From assembly GCF_002571385.2 (NCBI RefSeq), contig NW_019218040.1, positions 15,939 through 79,938 of the forward strand: a DNA stretch of 64,000 bases, given 5' to 3'. Source of the stretch: Stylophora pistillata (lineage: Eukaryota). Shown here one piece after another: positions 27,770-38,300 of this stretch; the first letter of the stretch is position 1; every line of letters begins with the position of its first letter. The notes under the pieces were generated by a model. The model made no database searches and had not been told where the DNA came from. It worked only from the letters and a program-made list of their open reading frames with translations. The position numbers and the translations under genes were made by a program.

Positions 27770-28330
27770 ATGGCAGAGACGAGGGAAGAAAGCCAAACGG
27801 CAGTTCTTGCCGAGGAAAACCCAACAAGCGTCGCGAAAGAAAACCAAACAGGTATTAATGCCGAAAAAGGTCAAGCATCTCTTTCGGAAAACCAAACAAT
27901 TGTAAGCTATACAGATGACGAACTGGTCTCTTAAGGACAACATGGTTTCAAAGAACACTAAAAAAAAAGTACAAGTACATACATACACCGTTTGCAGTCT
28001 CGGTTCAAGGAAATGAAACACGTGCAACAAATTTATCTCGATGCAATTTCAAAGCAAGAAGCACCGCAGCTTCTCAAGCACTTCTTTATAGAAATAAGGC
28101 AGACGACAAAAGAAAATAAAGGCAAAGAATATGAACCAGGAACATTACAAATTTACAAATTAGAGTGGTCGCAATACAGCTATTCAAGAGCTCCGTGATG
28201 ATTTCGACCCACTGGAGTTCTCAGAGCTGACTTGCCACACCAATCCGGAATCCATATCCAGCTACAGCCATAATCCTTGGGAAAAACAGCGGCAAATGCC
28301 GAGTAAGTTGGCCGGTTTCAACCTAAACAC
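27770..28330 (+). pseudogene. Internally deleted DUF3504/Crypton-type tyrosine recombinase remnant (copy A)
   Basis: LLKHFFIEIRQTTKENKGKEYEPGTLQ is fused to the C-terminal SGRNTAIQELRDDFDPLEFSELTCHTNPESISSYSH, with frameshifts. It is a clear paralogue of 30900-32200. Confidence 0.8.
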
Positions 28331-29499
28331 AACAACTACCAACAGCGATTCAAGTTATCCTTTACGGGGGATTATCCTCAACAGCTCAGCCCCGCCAACC
28401 GTGACAAGAGTGCTAGTCGATCTGGTTACCTGATGGCAGAGGCAGTTGGCGGAATGTTTTACTGGAGTAACTTTTAATAATTCTCCAGTATATATTTCAA
28501 TAACTTTCAGTCCAGCATGACACCAATAAGCGACTCTCTGCAATAAAAGAAAAACAGTTAAAATGGTGACTTTTAAGCTTTTTTCAGCTAATTTTTGGAA
28601 AAGTTAACTGAGAAATTCCAGTGTTAATCATTATATTTTGAGTACAACTTTTTTATAACTGTAATTTAAAGCACTTACCGGTTCTTGTAGATCTTGTTTT
28701 AGAACCTGAACGCTTGAAATTTTCCTTTCGCTTGAGTATTTCAGTTGTTGATTGTCGGAGCCACATTTTGCCAAGTTCTATGGTAGCAGGCAAATCCAAG
28801 TTATTCTTTGAATATAGAATTTTTCTACAAAATCTTTGTCTTAAATAACTCCGTATTGTACTTTCGGTTTTTCACTGAAGATTATTGTAAAATGTGATGT
28901 ACTGCTTTGTCCACGAGGTTGACATAAAAATGGTTTTCATTCTAAAAATAACTTGTTACCTATTCGCTAGATCTTGACACCTGACTTTGAAAGGGTTTGC
29001 ATTGTCTGCGCACTGGCGCGGCTCACAAAAATGCATGTACAAAATGTTTGGTTTCCCCAGTGATTTAGTGGCTTTAGCTATGCGATTCAAGAGAAATTCA
29101 CTGCCTGGCGAGTGAATTCCACGCTGTAAACGATCTTGTCTTAGATTGGTCAAAAAACTGACAAGTGAATTCATGCGTGTAAATGAACTTTATTTTCTGA
29201 TTGAATACAAAATTCTCTTGTGCAAAAGAAAAATAAAGCCGGCTGTTTCATTGGCCAATTTACAACAGGCCACACCTTAGCTTCGTGTGACAGAAAATTC
29301 GACTTACAAACAAATCTAGGAAGGAAGGCAGCTCAAGGTTCCTAAACATTTTCTCTCTATCGACACCAAAGAATATTTCAAACATACTTTTATGGTATAA
29401 ATATTTGAAAACATTTAAGCTGAAAAACATGCCAGAGTCAAGTCAATGTCCGTTGCTGGAATCTGAACCAAAGTTGATGTGGACATGTGCTTGTTGTAT

Positions 29500-30733
29500 C
29501 GTTCAGCTGTTGAAGAGCGAGCAAAGATAGCTGCTTGATGTTGTTGCCGCTCTCATCTCGATCTTTTCTTGAATTTGAGTGCCGGTGTTAATGGCGGTGC
29601 CAGAAGAATGAGTGCTTTCAGCTATCAGACTTCTTGACAAAACTTCACTGCAGTGTTGTAGTTGTGAAGTGGAAGGCTGCCAGACTCTGCTCACTACGGT
29701 GATCAGATATTGCCATAATATGGCGATTTTAGATTCCGGCATTTGACCACAAGGTGATCGCAGTGGCGCTGACGCTGAGGTTGGTGTAGACTTTCGGCAG
29801 TTTTGCTGCCTTGCTGATGCTTTTCATCATGTTGTCGAGCTTGTTGACACCGATCGGTCGAGCATCGTACCAAATCTCATCCTCGTAATTCCACTGCTTC
29901 TTTGGATATTGAAAAAATGCATCGCTTTTAGGATTCAACTTCGAGATATATAGCAGCATGGCTTTGTAACCGTCGTTTCCATTAGACGTTTCGTACATCC
30001 GTGCCAATTTTTCACTGCTTGGGACATCGCTTACACCACCTGGATGATTTTTAGTTACCTCATCATTGCGCCACGGTTCAAAGGAGGCGCATTGAGGTAC
30101 CTTTCGAAGGAATGCCGGAAACCAAGAAGAGTGGATTTACTGTACGGTTCACCAGATCTTTTTCTTGCTTCGGCATAAAATCTTCGTAAGTTTGTGTCCA
30201 GTTGTCCATTTTGTGTCCAGTTCATTTTCTCGATTGTTTCAATTTTTTTCTCGTTGCACCAAGCTTGAATAAAGACGAAAACATTGCGGGTTAATTTTTT
30301 AGAATAAGCATATAAGTTTTCTTATACCTTACATTGTATGTTTAAAATTACATCAGTCGAAAACCATGACAGTTAAGTATTAGTAACGAGCTGCTCCTTT
30401 GAAATGTTTACATTGCCGACAGATTACTGCACTAGAACTATTGTTTTCATAGCAACTGTAAAGAGAATAAAATACTCTTAAAAACATTCAGATAGAAGTA
30501 TTTACCTTTGAAAGTTCCAACAGACCAGTTTGTTATTTGGTTGGTTATTTCAGAGTGTCTCTGTGCCAAGATATCTTCCAACTCGGACTCACTCAGAGTT
30601 GCGAAACGGGATGATGGCAGTGCTTGTTCTTTGTTTTCTTTTACTTTTCGTTCTTTTCGGGAAGTTAAAAAATCTCCATTCTCAAAGAAAAAGTAGGCAG
30701 TTCTTCCTCATCAGCTTGCTCAGAATTTTCCAT
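29500..30733 (-). pseudogene. Decayed intron-containing DUF3504/Crypton-type tyrosine recombinase (copy B)
   Basis: Exon 30733-30506 (SRFATLSESELEDILAQRHSEITNQITNWSVGTFK), GT-AG intron 30505-30264, then LRRFYAEARKRSGEPYSKSTLLGFRHSFERYLN, an internal deletion, and WYDARPIGVNKLDNMMKSIS..YTNLSVSATAIT..HIMAISDHRSEQSL. It carries stops and frameshifts, and HxxR is mutated. Confidence 0.85.
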
Positions 30734-30899
30734 GTTTGGCGTAAATTGTCACTGAAACCTTAACCAGTTAAAATCTCAAAGTAAAAAAATCGCGGAGAAA
30801 ATGTTTTTCTCGAGGGATTTCTTTGCTGACGTCATGAGCGTGCACAATATTGAATTTGATTAGACAAATTTACTAGCTATGCTATAACGCTTTTTTAAA

Positions 30900-32198
30900 T
30901 TGTCACTCACACAGAAGAAGAAATAAATATCTCTAAAGGCGACAAGGCCTCTGAAAACACGAAAAAGAGTACTAGTGCCTCCGTAGGCCGCTTGCAATCG
31001 TGATACTTACAAAAGTACAAAACAGCTGAACTTGAACAGCATTTCTGAACCAGAAGTTTCGCAACTTCATAAGAATTTTTTTGTCGAAATGCGACAAAGA
31101 GGAAAAGAAAACAAAGGCAAAGAATACGAGCCGGGCTCTCTACAGACATACCATAGTGATGTTCGAAGATATTTTCTGCAGCGTCCATGTCCTCCAGGTC
31201 CTGACAACTTTGATTTTGAGATTTTCAAGAAGTTGCCGCCATGCTGTCCGTAAAAGAAAAAGGATCTAAAGAGGAAAGCCCTCAGAAACAAGCCAAATGC
31301 AAGTGAACCGTTCGAATATCATCAGATTGAGCAAATGTGGTCCTCAGGAGCTATAGGCTTGCAAAATCCCCGCTCGCGTCTCCATCTTGTTTGGTTGAAC
31401 AAAGTAACTCACTTAGGAATGAGAGCATTCAAAGAACAGTGTGATTGTCAGGTAGAAGATTTCATCGTCAAAGAAGAGTACGTCGAATACAAAGAGCGTC
31501 AAACACTGAAAGAACCACTAAGGTGACGAAAAAAGCTCCAGGAAAGGGGCGCGAAAGTACAACAACAAAATATGGAAAACCGATGGAGGAGAGAGGGATC
31601 CATATCGAGCCTTTGTAGAGTATGTTGGCCACCGTCCTCAAGGTGACAAAGTTCCTGGGAATTTTTTGCTAACTCCAGTAGACGTGCCAACAACAAATGT
31701 GTGGTATAAGGCAGTTCCTGTGGGTCGAAACACACTGCCGAAGCAGATGAAGACCATTGCATCTGTTGCTTCTTTGGATGGCAAGTTTACAAATTCAAGT
31801 GGCCGTAAAACGGTAATTCAAAGTCTTCGTGAAGACTTCCACCCTCTTGAGATCTCTGAGCTAACAGGTCACGTCAACCCGGATTCAATATCCAGCTAGG
31901 GCCATCATGATTCCTCTAGAAAAACGACGAAGGATGTACCACTGTCACAGCTGCCAACACCAGCGGCGGTCCACACACTGCAGCTTTGCGAGAAGTTAAG
32001 GTCAACAGCCTTGCAGCTCCATCAGTAGTTGGCGATAACACAACGGCAATGAATAACGGCAGTGATGGTCAAACAACAAGAGTTTTAGGTGGGCTGTTCA
32101 CCAATGTATCGTTCAACAACTCTCCAGTAAATATTTCCATCAACGTTCAGTCGAATGTTCATCCCAACGATTCAGCAAATGGCAGTTGCCTGCCATGA
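30900..32198 (+). pseudogene. Decayed DUF3504/Crypton-type tyrosine recombinase (copy C, KIAA1958-like motifs)
   Basis: FFVEMRQ..GKEYEPGSLQ, HLGMR, VEYKERQT, WYKAVPVGRNTL, FTNSSGRKT, ELTGHVNPDSISS*. There are several frameshifts, and the codon at the catalytic Tyr position is TAG. Confidence 0.85.
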
Positions 32199-35100
32199 GT
32201 TTCTACAATTACAAGGATCAAATTTTTCGGACTTTTCATCTTACACTTCTTTGTTTTTGAAGGAATAAAATATTGATCAATACACGTATTTAAATTTCAA
32301 GGTACTTACCTTTTATTAGTCGCGATGTTAAAGTTTCAGTGCTTTCGCTTGCTCACTTCATTTTTCTCAGTTTGCCACCAGAGGTAAAGGTGTAAATTAT
32401 TTTCCTTCTCGAGCAAATGATTTAGAATTTTGAAGAAAGATGTTATAGATAAACGGCTTGTAAATGCAGTGAAATGCCACTATTATCCTGAAGATAGTGT
32501 GAAGCTTGTTTAAAAAGTTTGAAAACTAATGTAAAAACAAGCACGAGGTACAAATAAAGTTATCGAAGGTTAAACGTGCACGACTAACCTAGCTTTCTAG
32601 TCGCTAAACGCAATGACAGTTCTGACTGTTGACTTTGAAATGGCTTTCTGAAGCGCGCTCGGGATAAAAACAAAAAATTATATTGCCATTTCCTTGTTTA
32701 CTTATTTTTATTCAGTTATACGATACAAGTAAAATTCGCGATTCGTGCGATATCGGTTTCCGCGTGAAACTTAACGGAATTCCCGGAAACTTAGCGGAAT
32801 TCCCTCGTTAGGGAATGAATTTTCCTGTACAATATTATCCCTGAATCGAACGTTCTGGTCGCAAGAATACAAAGGAAATGATCATCAACTAATGAAGCTC
32901 TTGATTGTTTAACAAATTTTCCTTGTGAGCACCTTAGGAAATGTGTAGAAAACAGTAGGGAGAGTATGCATACTGATGTTGAGAGTGAATTGGCTAAATT
33001 AAAGTAGATCATTAGAACCCAATCGCAAACACCGAGTATTTTATCGAAGTGGGAGTAACTAGTGGTGGTTAGTTATATTACCGAGCCGCAAAGCCATGAA
33101 AAGAAGACCATGTATATAACGGAAATAAATATCTTTATTCTGCACCACAATGTGGCGATATATCACAGCGCAACGCATTTGATTGGTTTAACAACCGGGA
33201 AAACGCGTCATTTAAAAGCGAATTGCACATATTCAGTTTAGATCGAACCCTCAATTAGACAAAATTCTTAACATCTTAACAGTACAGGAGTCGTTTCATT
33301 CTTGGAACCAAAAACATCATTGATATTCAACTACAAGGGTCCTGGTGAATTTTCACGAGACCTGTTCGACTGACTCCGTAAGTGGTTTTTGCCCTTTCGT
33401 TTGCATTTTCACGTAGTGTGGTCGTCACACTGTTGTGCATAACAAGGTGAAAAGGAAACAAATCAACTGTTTGGCCACTACGATTTAATGAACAATCGTG
33501 TAGCTCCCTTATAAAATCCTCTCCAAAACAACACAAGGCCTTTGGGAGTAAAAGGAGCAACACTCTAACGACAAACGTAACAATGGCCAAACAACGTTCA
33601 TCAGTTGAAATTCATTATAAGAAAATTGGAGTTGCAAGACAAAACAATCTAGATTGAATATTGTGCAACTAATGCAATTTATAACACAGTGAATGCTGCC
33701 AAATTAATTCATTGTACAGGCATATTAACCAGAGATACAGAATAAATTTTCACTGGATAAAAAGTGCATTAACGTGTGGTAAAAATGACAAACATAACTC
33801 ATGGTTTTAAGTTAGAACTAATGACGCTAACGTTTAACTAACCGTGGAATGGATCTTCAGCTCCATTTTTTGGTAAAGAAATGAAGCCGAATTTGAATGA
33901 AGAGTGATGCAGTTTTATTGCTGCAAGGTGCTGTGTTTCTGGCCCGAAAAAAGGCCATAGCAGGCGTGCACTATGAACGCTTTGGCAAAAAGTGTTAGAT
34001 TCTACAAAACAATTTACAACAATTCTCTTTACTGACCATAACAGTGATTCCAATTCAACGCAACACAACGCGTTGCAGCGTCATAAAACTCTCACTCTTC
34101 TTACACTACCTAATTTTACTGAAATGAACGATTGGAAATCGCATATTTAAAATAGTTCACATGCAACGCTGAGGGATCGTGAAGATGTCTACGCAACATT
34201 AACCCTCTCTCTCCCATGATCGATAATTTAATTCTCCAACGCGATACCCATAAATTTCTTTGTTGATAAACCCTGAGAAAATTTTGTGTTTCATCCAATC
34301 AATCTCCATGAGCTGATAATTTTCTCAGTTCTCAAAACCTTTTTGCCAGAAAGTGCGTGAAAATTCTAGGGGGGGGGGGGAATTCACATTCTGGTCAATG
34401 ATGGGAACAAGAGGGTTAACCAGTATATTTTGTTCAAGTAAAGAGGGAAACCTAGTTATGCAAAGTAAGATGATGCTATTCCTTCGTCTGGCACAAACAA
34501 AAAATGCGGCGTACAATTATTCTGAGACAGTCTACCATAGGACAAGTATTTACAGACGAGATTGTTACGTATAACAAGACGAACAGAGTACCACCGAAAT
34601 TATCCTTGCAATTTACGATAGCTTATACGAATGGTGGCTTATTTAGGCCGAGCCAAAAATACAATTTACAGGAGAAAACGAGGGGGGAGGGGGTGGGGTG
34701 AATCCTCTCACACCCAGAATTTGACGACGGCTTGAATTTCAATAATTAGTAGTCCTCAAGATTTTTTGAAATTTTATGCAATAGGTGTAAAAAATTTCTT
34801 TCAAGGTCTTTGATTTAAGACCTGGAAATCAATAAGAGAGGCTGATTTAAAAAGCAGAAAGAAAAACCAATAAGATTAACTAAGAAAAACGAGCGATTCT
34901 TGACGCAGTCGTGACACGTGTTCACGACGTGACGAAAACGATTTTTGAGTGACATCAAAACTTAAAGCTTAGACAGCTTAAAGCTTAGACAGTCACGCTA
35001 CAGCCTGGGAAGATTAACATTGAAATGATCGTGCACAGATGACGCTTCATTGAACTTAACAAGGAAAAGAAAAAAAAAATGTGCAAAAAATGTGCTCATA

Positions 35101-35358
35101 AACCTCTAGGATCTTGCAATGAGAAAGTATTATTGTCAAATGACGGAGGAAAGTGCTGATTTTTTTAGAATTCATTGTACCGGCCACGGCGCTGAGCTGG
35201 CAGAAAAATTCAAATATAATCTTCCATTACCTAAATTAAATATCGTACAGCTCGCATGAGAATTCGATTGATGCTTGAATTTAACGCTTTGTTCATTATA
35301 GAAAATATAGCTCTCTTTTGTACAAAACAGAAAACGCAAAAGTATCAAAAAACGTTAA

Positions 35359-38300
35359 CTACGCTAAATTGCTGACACCGTGAGCGACCAAGCCAACAGC
35401 CTGGGAAGGATTCTGGGATAGCACAGTGTCCACAGCGCGGTGGGTTACCTGAAACAACAGCGAAGAGGAAAAAAAACTGTAAATATATTATAACAAAATA
35501 CTGACACCTCATTAAGGCTGCAGAACTATGTCGAATCGTCAACAGTCACAAACTCAACTTGGAGTCACGATAGTGCTTGTATTTAGCAGTAAATTTAAGC
35601 TACTTTTATCAGTTCGCGAGCCAGAAGCGAGTGATCTGCGAACTTTTCGATCGTTCTACAATCATTCCACGTGGTTTATTTGGCCGGTAAACCGACTTAA
35701 AGAGTGGTCTATTGCTTTCATAAATTAAAGTGCGATTTTCAATGGGTTTACAAGTGCAATAAACTAACGCTTATTGACCAATCGGGACGGTCGTCGTACT
35801 TCATCAGTTATTTCATAAACGAAAATAAAAACTGTTACTAACCGCATGTAATTTAAAACTATTGTACACTTCAGTCAGCTCCTCAAGCATGTACTGCAAA
35901 AAGGAGAAATTGGTGTAAGATGATAACAAAGGATATCTGACAATCATTTCCTTAACCCTTTCACCTCTTAGAGTGATCAGCATCTAATTTCTCCTTACAA
36001 TATCACCCCTGAATCGAAAACTAAGGTCGAGAGAAGACAAGAAATGATCACAAACTAACGAAGCTCTTAATTGTTAAACAAATTTTCCTTGTCAGCACCT
36101 TAGGAAATGTAAAGAGAACAATATAGAGAATATGCATACAGATATTAGGGTGTAAAAAGTCAATTTTAATAAATGTACTCCTTACAATGTACAACCAATA
36201 TTTGACGTTTCACTAACACACTAAAAAAGTACCACTGGTGTCAAACAACTCGGCGATTTATCAAACGTAAGTAATTTGTTTTCGTTTTTACCTGATTGAG
36301 AACTGTAAATCCAGCAAGATCACCGCTGGTCTTTCTAGCGCAATCTTGACAATAGACCGAGTGTTTCTTGGTTCCTGTCACGAACAGAATATTGAAAACC
36401 TCCACCTGAGGAGAAAAAGAGAATGCACAAGTTAGTAAGCGGGTCACAGTGCTATTGGACAGAGTATCGTTAAATCAAATACGAAGTCATCAAAGAGCTC
36501 CTTTCGATGGTGTCGTTAACCTAAAACCAAAGTAGTCCTAATGGAAATCAGAAGAAAGGTGCCAAGCTTCCTAATGCATGGGATAACGTTGGCAAGAGAC
36601 TTCTGAGTGTACGATGATGTCGTAACTCTTATATATGTCGAGACAAGCTTACAAGGAAGAACATAACACAGCAGAACAGAGAAGCTACTTACCTCGCACT
36701 GGGCACAGTAATGAGATCCTTCATTTTGTCTTTTGCCATGCCACACCACATCAATACCAGCATGCTTTAGTTTCTCCACAGTAATCTGACAATACCTAAG
36801 TGACCTGGCCAGCACAACTCTGAAAGCAAACGCAACACTTACAAGATTAGAACTAGCAGAGGATGGGAACAATGAAAGTCTAGCCGCAAAGATTTCCAAG
36901 AACATTTCTATGAAAGTACCACTTAGTGAAATATTTATTAGATTCATGGATTAACAATCACTAAAGGAATAGAAGGGAAACAAGAATATAACTTTGGCAA
37001 GGACTCACCTGATGTGTTCAAACAACTTTCTTTCTGTAACTTTAACATTTCTAGCGAGATTCCATGACAAGTGCAGCATAGCCACAATGGACTTCTCACC
37101 TGAAGGTGAAAATGCAGGGAATTTCATAAACAGTGAAGATCAGCAGCACTGAACTTAACAGCTGGACCATGAAAATAACCCTTTAAGTTACAATAGCAAA
37201 GAGCCTTCTTCTAAACTGATCACTCCTCGATCATCATTCAAAAATGTTTTTTGAAGCCTTAGTCAGAAGTAAAGTAATCACAAGGCTGGTAAATCAAAGT
37301 AAAAGCGATATAACCTGCTGTCAGTATCCTAAAATGAACATGATACAGCTACTGCTTAGCTACGCTAAACCAAGTGAAACAACGTTGAAAGAAGAACAAA
37401 AAAAAAACACTTGGAGATGTTTGCAAATGGAGATAGTGTTGTTCTTACCTTGTAGTTTGTTCCATTCATATCTTTCGATGGCTGCTGTGTACATATCCTC
37501 TGCAAAAATATCATTTCAATATTACAAACATAAATCGTTGCAAATGAACAAGGTACAGTAGGGTAGTTTGATTTCGTTTTATGAAGTCTCTAGAAAATGC
37601 ATTCAATCTCCTTCACTCACCTGTAAGAGGACCGACATTCCAGGCAATATTGTTACACCAGCCCTAATAAATGCAAAGGCAGTTTATTAGAACCTTGGCA
37701 CTTCTGTGATTTCAAGTTTACACTGCTTCATCCTCTAACTCCCATGAGTGACCAAAACAAAATTTCTCCTTTACAATATCAATACAATATCAGAGACGAC
37801 AATCAAGAAAAATATCGATCACGGGATTATTAGTTGATCCAATACCAAGTTCTCCAAACTAACACAATAAGAACTGTATGGCAGACAGTAAGGAGATTTA
37901 CGAATGAGATCTTAAGATTGAAATGGTTCATTGCTCACCGACGACTGCACCCAATGCACCACCCCAGGACTAAGCCAGACCAGGTCACCAGGCCTTTGTA
38001 TGAATCTGTACACTGGAACACGCTCCTCGTAGAGTTCCTCCAGAATGGGCCACCATGAGCCTGCACAAACAACGAGATAAAGGAAACAAAAAGGGGGATT
38101 ACTTAGTGGAAATATCAATTTGCCCGAATGTAGGGAGTTCCAATTTTTAACGATATATATGGATCGGTTAAAGGAGACACCACCAATCATAGAAATAGGG
38201 CCAGTGTTTCTACCTACACGTCGTCCATCGCTGTCTCAGTGTTTGAGAACACAAATGCTGTTTGGAGCTGGCAGGCTGTAGAGTGAGGGCTTGTCGTGTA

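Noticed and set aside
28500-28770. Small spliced - strand ORF (MWLRQST...) inside the recombinase cluster
   Set aside because: The splice signals are plausible, but the product is only ~39 aa with no recognisable motif.
27770-32198. Functional domesticated ZMYM/KCTD1/KIAA1958 gene
   Set aside because: All three copies have stops, frameshifts or deletions and lack host domains such as BTB or MYM zinc fingers.
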